From NCBI GenBank assembly GCA_047495785.1, contig JBLDXI010000004.1, forward strand, positions 930,001 to 994,000: 64,000 nucleotides of DNA. Direction: 5' to 3'. The position numbers were made by a program, and so were the translations under genes. Source of the stretch: Lepidodermella squamata. Its lineage: Eukaryota > Animalia > Gastrotricha. Numbering within the stretch: the stretch's first letter is position 1; the number at the start of each line of letters is the position of its first letter. Positions 23,850 through 36,300 of the stretch are shown here, in pieces. A model generated the notes under the pieces. It made no database searches and was not told the DNA's origin. It was given only the letters and a program-made list of their open reading frames with translations.

Positions 23850-26800
23850 AAGAGTGACATAAATTTGTTACAAGTCGGCCAAAACTGGGTGGAGGGTGAT
23901 TTTGCACATTCGTATTGCACATATAACAGTTGTATAATTAGTATCGGCGTAGAAGTAGTCGAGAGAAACTCAGCCGTCAAATTTAACATCAGCAACCCAC
24001 TGCGCTGCCTCGAAAGTGAAACTCGATTCATCATGCCATTTGAATGCGCAGTTATGCCGGGTTTGAGAGATTTATAAATTATTTGTGTGCTTCTTTGTTA
24101 GGCCACTTTTTAGGCAGAGTTACCAGTAATTTATTCGAAGCTATTTTCGAAGCCGTTTTTATCGATGAAGTCGGCTTATCGCCTTAACCCTTTCAGCCAA
24201 GCAAAAAAATCGAATTTTTGGAATTTCGAGCAAATTAAGGAAGAAATCGGAAAATCGACAATCAGATGCTATTCTAAAGGCCCGATGCGCATATTTCCCA
24301 TCAATTACTGATTTCATTGAAATTTTCAATTTCGCTAGTTTTTAAAATATAGCATTCGTTTCAAAAATATAGTGTTAATAGATGTGCTCATGCAATATTT
24401 TTTGGTACCAGTGACCATGTATACTGAACTGAGGTCAGGTATTTACCTAACTATTGGCAACAGCAGCAGCAAAGCTGCCGCAGTAGCGCCGGGGGGAACC
24501 TATTGTCGCATTTACACTAGACTACCCATAATTATCCAAGTTAATTACTTTCCCTGTTATGCAATCATTTTCACGAAAGACTGAATGCGTGGTTTTATCC
24601 ATTTTTTAAACAAATTCAAAATATTAGGCACTTGGTCGTGGAGAAATATCTCAAAATTAGCTTGACTGAGGTCTATGCATGCCTAGCACCTTGCTTCAAG
24701 CTTGCTATGAAAATAAATCCGAATTTTTTCAACGAATTTTTCCGAGAAAAAATAAAAATAATTTGAAACCTTGCGATTATACAATTACCGTATTTGTTCC
24801 TATAGCAGCCCGCGCTACTCAAATTTCAACCTCGAAATTTCGAAAATATCAAAAACTAATTTTTCGTGAATCGTTCATTTTTCATGTTTTCGAACCGACT
24901 TGACCCCTCAACCCTGGGCTACTATTAGGGATGGGCGATTAGTAGTGAATGGGCTATTATTGGAACAAATTATATTGCAGTTTTTAAATCCGACACTTGT
25001 TGATAGCGGATCGAAATTGATGAAATCACGCCGAAGGTTATACCAATTTGTTAACATAATTTAGGAAGAATTTTCTCATAGAAATATTAGAAAATTCAAT
25101 GTAGGCTCCTGTTTGGACTATAAAAAGAAATGCTCAACAAAACCCACAAAAATCATGAGAAAATCTCGAAACTATCAATATTTTCTGATTTTTTCTTAAT
25201 TTTTTCAAGGACTTGTCCGTACAGCGTGGCTTGAAACTGCCCCAGTGACGCGATTCGTTGCATAATTCGTTTTAAGAGGATTTTGGCTACATTTAAGAAT
25301 TTTTTTAATTTATAAATTGATCGTTTCTATTTTTCCAGAAGGAGAATTGTATAGATCAGGTGTCAGTCAAAAATGTGATTGCGAAATCACGATTACTTGA
25401 TACCTCAAAATTTCAGTTTTAAATCACCTTGCTGTGACTTGTTAACAGCGCCCATAAAATTTGCACACAAAAATAAAAACAGCACTCACTCGAGTTTAAG
25501 TAAAAATGATGACGCAACAACCGAAGTAATTAACATCGATAATTACGAAGTAGCTCGTGTAAATGCGACGTATGAAACTTACGAGAACAAAAATGTGGTT
25601 CTACCTGTACACAACTAGACAGGGCCTGAATCGAGCCTGCTGTAAACTGTACGCATTCCAGATCGGGATCGAAGATCCAAGATTCACATAAACCTTTCCA
25701 TATTCTCACGCAAGGCAGCGCCTAGCGAACGACGTTACACGTAGATATACTTTGGGATAGACTGCTTACTCACGAGAATGGGCACCAGATAGTCGGCTGA
25801 TTCATTAGCGCTTGGGGTAAAGTAAACAAAATATTCGATTGGTTTTTAGCAGGTTCCGTTTCGATTTTTTCGCGCGTTTCGTTGATGGAATTATGTCTAT
25901 GACGTTACCCCATAGCTACGTTGAATGTGACACAAGAAGAAAGGCACGCCTGGCAAGCGAAAGCACTGCTTAGGCTACGGCTGACCTATGGTAAGAGCTA
26001 CGGTAGAGATTTTAGAATTCCGAGAATTTAAAATTGGGGCTTCAGAAATTGGGGTTATTACCATCATACCCGGGAGCTGTAGTTGTAGCCTAGTCACAGT
26101 ATCGGCAACCACGCGCTGGCTAGTGGCTAACGGAGAACGCAGCGGTACTGGGAGTTGAAGAGGCTCAGTTCGTGGAAGATCGGGGTCGAATTGCCCGATG
26201 TCAGGCCATTGCAGCCTAACAGCCAAGGAGCAGCAGAGTCCATCCCAGACGAAAATCAGTAGACCGAGAGCTCAGTAGATCGTACGTAGATCCAAAAGGC
26301 AAAATTGTTGTTTTCCCGACCTATTGTCGATCTATTACACTGGATCTACCTGCATCGATCCTGTGTAGGTCCTAATTTTACCATTCGATCTACGTAGGGT
26401 CGAACCCTTACGATCTACCCGTGTCAAATTTAGACCGAGCCATGGTCTACTTTTTTTCGACTGGGATGAACGAAATAACAGTAAACCATAAACAACCTGG
26501 ACGAAGACGTGGGAGTGCGCGACAGGCGTGCGGGGACTGAGCGCACGGCCCGCATAGGTTTTTTTTTCCGCACACACAGACGCGAACGGCGACAGTATGG
26601 GGGTTCCCCCCGGCATAAGCTAAGAGCTAAGACCATGAAGACAGTGTGTAAGACGGATCTATAGAGATCTATGGATGGTTTTAGATGACTCATGGTAGAA
26701 GTTCCGTTAGGGAGAGTAGGGATCACCCAGTTCAAATGGTCAACTCAATCCATGAATGAGCAAAGGGGGCCCTTGTTACGATTTCCCCTCTCTCCTCCCA

Positions 26801-28689
26801 GTTCTCCTGCCGCTCTCTGAGTAAGATGATATGAGGATGAGTATTGATGAGCCCGATGTAACAGAGATGATGTTAGAATGTGAGATTGAAGATGAGTACA
26901 TAGGTGGTATAGACGTCTTCCTATCGCTAGTCCCTAGCAACAGCGTTACTTTGAGCTCCGCCGTCTTCCCGCGTCGTCGCGGGTTTTTAAATTCAAGGTT
27001 GCGCGCGCGCAAAACTTTTTTTATTTTTCGTCAAAATAAAATGTTTTCAATATTATTTATTTCGAAACAATTTTTAATAGCGAAGATTATCTCGATTTTC
27101 TTTCAGTCTGGATAATTATATAGATATAGCCAGGCTTCGAGCGCCCAGGGATTTTATGTAAATCCGGAAACCGGAAACCAATTCATGCTTTATTCATTCC
27201 ATGATTTTACATTGCAAAAACCTTTCATAATTTCCGGTATTTTATTTATACCTTCTACTCATGACTCTTCTAAATCAAAACAGCTCATCTTTGCATTTCA
27301 CCGCACGTGCTCTTCCCCTTATGTTGCATCTCATGAATCGTTTTGAAAAGCTCGGAAATGTGAAATGCCACTAAAATGACTCGCATAAAGCGTATGGAAA
27401 ATGAGCACTACAATCCGATATTGCATAGCGAGAGTTGCCATAAATTAGCTCCATAACGGCGCAGCCATTATTAGTAACTTGGCCTATCCATTGATTAAGG
27501 ACAAATGCGAAATTGGAACCATCATCCCACTTGAATACGCCATTCACTCGAGTCAAGGCGATCCAGGCCGGCGCATCAAGCTGAGGCGAATTTGATACTA
27601 TCTGCGCTGCCGCCAGTTCCGTATCTGACCTGATCGTGGCCAAGCTACCACCCTGATTGACGCATGCCGTTGCTGCGGTACTTTTAGAGGCCGGTTGAGT
27701 GAAATGCACAGAGAAGTAAGTTTTGACCACAGACATACAGCTGGTCTTATGCCGGAATTCGTTGCTGCGTTACCGCATCGCAGCCTGTTGTACTTGTCAC
27801 ACATAGAACTGTACCGTCGCTGTTGTCAACGCAACGGAAATAGGCCGACTGCAAACAAAAAGGGCATGATCAAAATAAAACCGAAATTACGCGTCAAGAT
27901 TCAGTTTAACAATAGAGAATAGAGCAAACCCTCTTTTTCTTGAGACGCGATTTCGATATTCCAGTGCTTACTGCTCTTCGACCGGCAGTAACACCGGTGT
28001 TACAGCTTACAAAGAAAATTGCAGCTAGATGAATTCAAGGATAAAATTGATGCCCTTTCACGGAAATTTGAGGTCGAAACGCTCGATTTCGGACAATTGA
28101 AGTCAACTTTATGGCGATGAAGTTGAGGCCGGTCGACTTTATCCGCTGTAGTACATGTTTGCGAGACAAAGCCAACTTTAGTAAAATAAAATTGACGTTA
28201 TGTTCGAAAATCCTGCTGGTCATAGAATCGACTTTTTTCCTGGCGATAAAGTCGACATTATATAAAGTTATATAGATATAAAGTTAACTTTATCGACAAA
28301 GACAGCTTCGAAAAAAACCCCAACAAAGGAAGAGTGAAAAATAAATGGAATTATTTTGACTGGTTCGGTATTTGTTTGGTAAAAAACTGGAAAATGTTTT
28401 AAAATTCAATTATTTAGGCAGCATTATTACTAGCGATGGCAAAATTGATGAGGAACTAAATTATAGGATTTCCAAGTGTTTTCGGAGCCATAAATAAATT
28501 CATGTGCAATAAAAATCAGGTGTCTATAGCTACTAAGTTGAAAGTTCTGACCTGCGTAATAATACCTACCATCATTTACGCTTGCGAATCCTGGAACATA
28601 TCGGTAGGTTGGTATGCATCTATAGAACGACCCCGAACTAGATGGATCCATGGAGTGCATAGAAGTTTGATTATGCACTGACTAAGGAA

Positions 28690-29020
28690 TTGCGCCGGAA
28701 AAGAAAACTAGCTCTAAGAATAAGGCCAAGGATAAGAACGGCCAAAACGCCATTGGAAAGGGAAAACCCGGCGAAACGGAGTCTGAGAGTAAAATTATAC
28801 CTGATATTCAACTAGCTGAAATGGTATCTTTTGAAAAAGATGAATGGCGCATGATTGTTAACTCGATTGAAAACTATGCATTTTTCGGAAAAAGCAAGAT
28901 CGTTAACTGTGGGAGTGGGTGAGGATTTATCTTTGCCTGCCTTCGCCCTCTTCAAAACCGGAAACGGTATAATGACGTACAGTCTAGGAGAGGCTAAATA
29001 AAACTATTATTATTATAACA
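28690..29020 (+). mobile_element. Probable 3' end of an RTE-like LINE
   Basis: Decayed RPKRHW and AEMVSFEKDEWRMIV, resembling the RTE C-terminus, then AATAAA and a short (TAT)n tail. Confidence 0.35.
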
Positions 29021-29180
29021 TCTTAAAAATGAGCCATTTTCTCGGGGTTATCCCAGAAATTCACTCATTAATTATTTCAATTAATCATGTCGTAAGATGC
29101 CATCTTTAACGTGCTTAAATAACAAGGTACATCGGCCAGTGCCAAAAATGGATTCTATCAATAATCGTCACAGAGATTCA

Positions 29181-29217
29181 ACCATAACACGCTGAAAGCA
29201 CCGATTCCCGTCCGATC
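29181..29217 (+). pseudogene. 5S rRNA-derived fragment (5' third only)
   Basis: ACCATAACACGCTGAAAGCACCGATTCCCGTCCGATC closely resembles the 5' part of metazoan 5S rRNA as I recall it; the remainder is absent. Confidence 0.5.
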
Positions 29218-31711
29218 GGAGGTTTCCTAAAATATCTCATAAACAGCGAATTCGCGATTCGAAAGCGAAGCGAGCTTTAGCTGACGGTTTTTTCGATTTT
29301 GAGTCTGAAACAGGACACTTGAAAGTTGGCTTAGTACACGAGTGTCCTATGGGACACGGTTTGGGAAACGCTGGTTTGAACAGATCCAAAATTTGAAATA
29401 TCTGTATAAACCCCAATCCTGAAAGTCAGTAATTTCGGACTCGTATTACGTATTACAGAAGAGGTCCCTGATCCTTGATATTGCAACTTCTTTCTTCGCC
29501 ATTCATTGCGATTCGCAATTTCGAGTGTTTTATAGCAAACTCACAGGCGGCGATATTTCGTTGATACACTTGTCATGATTCATTTGGAAGGTCTGCAGGT
29601 CAGAGAACAGCTTATCCTGTAGTGAACGAAAACAGTAGGTCAGTTACTGCAATTACACTGCCATATGTTAAGCCTTACCTGCGTATAGCCCCGAGGGCAC
29701 GCTGCGTAGCAAGACAGCTTTTGCGATGCATCCTTGCATGAAACAGCATTCTGGAACAGAAAGCGATTACAATCACGAATAAATTTTAGAGTTAATAGCT
29801 TACGCCTAGCAGGCAAGTCTCGCGATTGATCTACACTCTGGTCGAGTACTGCTGAGTCTCGTTGTTTCCATAGCAACCAGAGCTTTGCGGTCGGCAGTCG
29901 TTGAACTTGCCGGACGTTGAATCGAAGCATCGGATTTGAGGCTTCTCGCTATCCGGTACAGCGACTGAAATAACAATAAGACATAGCTGCAATTCTTTGC
30001 TCAATTAAACTCACCAGATCCATTGATGCACGACGCGAGATTGGAGTACACAGTTGATTCAGTGACCTGAAAGCGACAAATCAGAATGTCATCACCACGA
30101 GAAAATGAAGTAGAGTTGCCAAGTTGTTCGGGCAAGAGTAAGGATATGGCACACAGGTTTTGATGACGTTGTTTGAAGTGCAACGCGTGAATTGCAAATT
30201 CTACAAAAAATATAAAGTAAACATAGCATAACTTCGAAGTTTCAGAATTCTCACGTTGAACACAGCTCGTTTCTTCTCGCATTCGTTGAGGTTGACTCTC
30301 AGGTTCAACAGTGGATTCGGATTTCCGAACCAGAACAACTGGAAAATTGGATCAGAGATAAATTTTGTAATTTGGAAATTATAATTTGGATGGAATCGGA
30401 CCTACCGTCATTTCACCCTGCTTGTTACAGCCGATGTTTCCAGGCACGCAAAATGGGGTCAACGCCTCGTATTTGTAGCACATTCGGCCATGCTATATAC
30501 CTAATTTGTTTTACCATCGAAAATAAATTGCGACAATTAACTCACCCCACGGCTACAAGCGCCTGGTTTTCCGAAAATCGGGCCCATCTATCAATGGAAA
30601 ACATCAAAATTACCAGATTATAAACGAAACAAACCTGGTATTCATTGAACAGATCACAGCCATCGGCAGCTGGGACACAGTTGGTGAATCGGTTGCTGAA
30701 CCGTGAGAAGCAGCGAACCCAGTTCAACGGCCTGTTGCCAACAGCAGCCACCTCGCTACACGCAGCAAAAATAAGCAGCAGCAAAAGCAGGGGGTTGAAT
30801 TCCGCAATCATTTGAAATGACAAACTTCAACAGCAAATCAACTAAACATGTGTAAAAAAAATGTGAAATACACTTTTTAAGAGTAGAAAATTGTAACGAA
30901 TGAATTGGGAATGACAGTTCATTTTTAGTGGCGCCACCAACTCCTTTGTGAAAAAAGTGGAGCACACGTTTGAAGACCGCACAGTCACTACGTCGAGAAA
31001 ATTAGGAATGGAGGGTGTCAGTAGTGTCAGTGTTTTATTTTTTGCTAAACGGCGCTAGAAAAAAATAATTGCGTAATATTTCTTGGCACGCTGAAAATAG
31101 GGCGATTCAGAGTCCGGATCCGGGCAAAAATAATTGGGCCAAATAATACAAAAAATAAATCTCAGACACACCCAAATTCATTCAGACCAACAAGAAATAT
31201 CTGTTATTTAAACCTAATTCTGTAATTAAGTAATTTTGTAATCGATTTGCCTTGATAGTTATTAGCGAAATAGACATAACCATAGCAGAATAGGAGAAGT
31301 GAATTACTGCGAAAGGTTTTATTTGATTTCTTTCTTTTTATTCACCGAAATTGCTTCCCACCAATTGTTGATAGAGTTTCACTGATTCACAACATCACAG
31401 AAGTATACTGATTGATGCCAAGATTCAAATTTAACTTTAATAACGAATAATATGGATGACTCATTCGCCGAGGCTCGAAACTACTTTGTCTACCTCACCA
31501 ATAAACAAAACTCATTTCTCATAAAGCTGTCTATCATCTCTTTGAAAAACACAAAATGGAAATGAAATTGTATCTTATTCTTGTGCTGAAATTGTGGAAA
31601 TATAAACTGGGTTCAGGTATTATTCAGGTTCAGATAATTTTGCTCAGGTAGGCCACCAACAAATGAACATACTTTGCCGTAAATGATAACAATCAAGGTA
31701 CTCTGATTTCC

Positions 31712-32690
31712 AGTCACGGCCCTTGTCAGTGAGAAGACACTGGTTTTTAGCGATCACTCACACCCACAAAAGCCCCGGCTGCTTGGCTCACAATGAAACT
31801 AATTAGGTCAAGCTTTGAGCCGGCTGTTGCTAAACAAGCGGTGACAGCGGCTTAAGGCTCGGATAAACGGGCAAACAGTTTGTCAAACATTTACTTCAAA
31901 CTTCGATGTTTGATGAAAATGTTTGAAATGCATTTATACGATCAAACTTGTTTGTCAAACATTGGAAAAGGTGAAAGGTCACTTCTCAGAGCTTCAAACA
32001 TCAGTTTGTCAAACTTTCATTTACACGCTCAAGCAATGTTTGCAAGAAAACTAGCAAAATGTATGCAAATCATCAGGCATAATTTATGCAAGCGGACATA
32101 ATTTGCCTAATTAATGCAAATTATTAAGGTAATTTGTTTAATTTATGCAAATTAGGAGAAAAATATCGAAAACGGGTAGAATGCTTCTACATTTTTGACC
32201 ACTCTGATATGATTTTATCCTTGCCGCGCGATCCTCGACATTTACAAATCAATGTGATCGTGTTTTATCCATTTTTTTGAAGAAGCGCATGCAAAACTTA
32301 TGTCGTTCCGGCATATGTCGTTCCGGGTGGCACCTCCGCAGCAGCCACAGCGCCAAATGTTTGCATGTTTGAAGTCGTTTTCAACAAACTTCGCAAACAT
32401 TTTCTTTCAAACACGAGTGTTTAGACGGTCAAACATGCTTGAAAGCCTAGTTGCTCTTAACAATGTTTGAACAAAAAGTTTGAACGTGTAAATGCAATGT
32501 TTGATCAAACAATGTTTGAAGCCGTTGTTTGCCCAACAATGTTTGAAGTCAATGTTTGGCAAACATGTTTGCCCGTTTATCCGAGCCTTTATTCTCTTGA
32601 TAATTGCGCATTCGAATGGGATGATGGATCGAGTTTCACTTTTGACCTGCAGCGCAGTGGGTTGTTAGAGGTGCGCACTGTGTGATGTCT
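31712..32690 (+). pseudogene. Decayed lectin-family relic (exon-7-like piece fused to CTLD piece), split by a MITE
   Basis: GCLAHNET (exon 7-like) and AKQAVTAA before the insertion; FEWDDGSSFTFD after it. Confidence 0.6.
31855..32588. mobile_element. PIF/Harbinger-like MITE
   Basis: TTA|AGGCTCGGATAAACGGGCAAACA ... TGTTTGCCCGTTTATCCGAGCCT|TTA; many subterminal TGTTTG/CAAACA repeats. Confidence 0.8.
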
Positions 32691-33343
32691 CTTCAGGAGT
32701 CTTATTTCTCCTCGAGAACAATGCCTATTGTTAGATGTTTGTAAATAATTGCTTCACCCAATATTCAGAACAAAGTCATACATTTCCAGACAAGTAACAG
32801 CGGTTATATTTAAGGCGATTGATTTCGTGGCGAAAACTAAAATTGATGGATTTGGCAGACAAACTGTGAGATGCCGAACGATACAAACACAAGTTTTGTT
32901 TCTATATAGTGCCTCTTGTAAGCGTCCTTGATTGAATGGCTTTACGCTGTTTACGGCAAGTTGATAATAATTTCCACGTAAAACGTGCGTATCCTGCTTT
33001 TAACAATTTTAATCGAACGTAATTCGAACAAATCCTGAGGGCGACCCATTTATTTCACTGTCAAAAATGATCTCAGTGCACTTGACACTTGACTAAGCAC
33101 GCGATTGCTTCGATTACGCAATCACCCCTCAACCAGTGTTTGCCGACTTGAAATAAAACACCGACAAGCCAAAAAATGTCAACCAAAAACTCGCGATTTT
33201 ATTGAAGATGATACACAGTAGAAAGTGTGCCTCAAGCAACCATTTTTTCACTTAAATACGGCGTCGCGATTCAATTTTTCATTCACTCAATTTTTCTCTA
33301 CAACTTTTTTAGCGAATTACAGCTTATTGTTCCGGGCAATAAA

Positions 33344-36300
33344 ATGGTTGCTTATCACCTTGCTATGCTGCTGGCGCTAATGCTATCTTCAAGCGATGTT
33401 GCTTTAGGTAAAGAGAAGAACTGGGTTCGATGCTTCTCGCAGTTTAGCAACCGATTCACCAGCTGCAACACAGCTGCCGATGGATGTAATCCGCTCACCG
33501 AATACCAGGTATTTCTACTCGAATGTTATCTTCGAATAAAAACAGTTCATACACATTTTTCTCCATCGACAGTTAAGCTCAATTTTTCGAACAACCGGTG
33601 AATGCAACACTGGGGTATGTCAACTTTTCTGCTAAGTCTGTTTTTAATTGATTTTTCTCTAGAATGCCAGGATGTGCTACAAATTCGAGGCTCTTACTCC
33701 GTTCTGCGTACCTGGCAACGTCGGCTGTAACAACCCAGGTGATATGAATGTAAGCAACATTCCATTTTGGGAAGTCTCTAAATCAAACTATTTGTTTGCT
33801 TTTTCTCACATCGTTGAAGAAATATGATTTTTGTATTTTAGACGTTCTGGTTCAACGATCAGACTGCGACGCTGAGCTTGAAATACAACCTCAACGAATG
33901 TGAGAAAAAGAAAGCTGCATTCGAGGTAAGATTTCCGGAAACTTGACTGTCACGGAATATGTTTCACGTTTGTTTTATTCCAGACTTCGAAATTCAGGCG
34001 CTGTACCTCGAACAATGCCATCAAGACTTGCGTTCCGGATCCGTTTTCTTGCCCCAACAACTGGGTGCGTCATTTGCGCCGTCATTGGTCTCGTATTTTG
34101 TATTCTCGTCTTCGTTTCGCCTACAGGTTACTGAATCAACTGTGTATCCGAATCTTGCGTCTTGCACTAATGGAACAGGTTTGTGGATTTGATGTACTTA
34201 TTTGTGAAAAAATGTGTTAAAAAAATCGGTCAATTAATCGTGGGGGTTAGTATTGGAGGTAGGATATTCTAAGAAATACTGTATCACAATAATTAAAAAG
34301 TTGTAGCCAGTGAGATTTGCGGATTACCAATGCAGGCAGTGCGCCGGAAAGGATCCTCTAGCTAGGGCTATTGCGTGCTAAAAAATTAAAATCAAAAGGG
34401 AATTTCCTGTTATCTCTCCGAGGCCTCTCGAGCTGGTTTCTTGACATTTTCACATTTCCCCTCGCTTGAAAAATTGTTGAAGGTAGGGGTTAATTTAGTT
34501 ATAGGGCGTTTGGGCGCCTCGCTAGCATATGTTGGAAAGGCACAGACATTTCGCTCTCGTCAATATACTGTTTCAAGAATATAAAAAAATTGAAATTATT
34601 TTCGACCGGCATAGAGAACGTAGTGACCCTGTCGGAAAAAGTTGGACCGTGGTGGACCTTTTGGCCTTTCCCACAAGACGGTGGACCATGGTGGCCCATT
34701 TTGGACCTGGCATTTCGTGAATTTTTCCGTTTGGCCTCGGCGAATCTAAAAGTTGGCCATTACATGGCCAAAAAGTGATTTTTGCGAAATTATTCGGAAA
34801 ATTAGTCAACAAATTGGTCCATGCATGACCAAGACCCGTTCTGCTCTGAAGAGTTTTATTTGCACCGTTGCAAGTTGGTCATTGCACGACCAACGAGTCA
34901 TACTTCGTCATATTTCCGAATAAATAGTTTATCGTTTGGTCCATGCATGGCCAAGGCCTGATCTGCTCAATTTTCGTTTTTGTGATCTGTTTTTCGACCG
35001 TCTCAAGTTGGTCATTGCACGGCCAAGGAGTCATTCTACGTCAAATTTCCGGAAAATTAGCTAAACAGCTGATCCACGGATGGCCAAGACATAATCATAT
35101 CCGAAAATGAGTTTTTGGAACTTCAAGACTTGGTCATTCCATGGCCAAGGGTTTATTTGTTTGCAAATTACGAAAATCAGTATGAAATAGACTAAAAAAG
35201 GCCCAAACACTTATCCGCTTAAAACACTGGCGTTTCACCTGGAACGGCAAAATTTCGCGTCATTTCGCCGGAACGGCATTTTGCAGGCAAGTTATCATGA
35301 GAGACCAAATTAGGCCAAGAATTACCCGCTATTTTTCAACTTTTTCACCGATTTTTATATTATTTTTAGCGAGAAATATTGATGAAATTAATCTTGATGT
35401 GCAGTTCTTCCCGAATATTGTAACAACATCGAACTTCAAGGATTATTTATTTGAACGAAATTTAAAGCTTTGGTTTCAGGTATTAACTCAGCAATTTTTA
35501 CATCAAGAGGGTTTTCTCATCATCGTTCAGCGTTTTTCAGGGCTCTTCAATTAATCGAATTAGCATTTTATTCCTAATAAAATTCGAGAGACTAATGGCT
35601 TGAATGGCTTGAATTTCAATGAATTTTTTGTACGTAACGAATTACGAATATTTTAATAATTTAACTGCCGAAAAATTTCAGAAATAATTCCACAATAATA
35701 AGATCAATGCGAAATGAAATATTTCTAGATGGAATTTCGCAGATCGTGATAGCTTTCATTCTTAGTAAAATACCATTCGATAAAAATGAGAAAGTTCCAA
35801 AGGTGAAGTGAAGCTAGAGCGATGTAGACTTCTTGCGACAAAATTTGAAAAAATCCTGACGTCAAATTCTATATTTTTTAATTAACTTGTGCAATTTATT
35901 ACGATTGGCATAGCTCAAATGTCTCGACATAAAGCGCAATTTTCTTTACAAAAATAATATGAGTTATTTCCATTAGTTCAAGTGCAGCGGAAATTCGCAG
36001 GCCGAAAACGTCAATTGATTGGGCACAAATTCAAGGCCAGAATCCTTAACGTATACGGTAACGAAAATGTGAAGAAAATTGCATTAATTACTCACACCCT
36101 GTGTTCCATCGTGAAACCGGAAACACGTCGATGGAATAAATCGCGAGAGAGCTTGTGCCTAAACCTAAACTGTCAGGTTTTTCGAGTACGTTGATTGGGC
36201 CGAGTAATTTTCGATAAAACTGTAACAAGGCTATATGACGCCACGCGAAAACAAATAACGAAAAAAATGGGCAGGCCGAAGTAATGACAATATAACCTCA

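Larger units (their letters stand above)
27371..30811 (-). pseudogene. Cys-triplet/C-type-lectin family copy 5, disrupted
   Basis: Exons 30811-30635, 30587-30546, 30492-30406, 30338-30255, 30200-30120 (GC donor), 30066-30015, 29964-29804 (in-frame TAG at 29833-29831 where copies 2 and 3 have TAC), 29750-29679, 29616-29545, 27848-27371 (frameshifting deletion near 27750). Confidence 0.85.

Noticed and set aside
34800-35150. CRISPR-like array of spaced palindromic repeats
   Set aside because: Repeats are degenerate, alternate in type and are subterminal to a TIR element in a eukaryotic intron; no cas genes.
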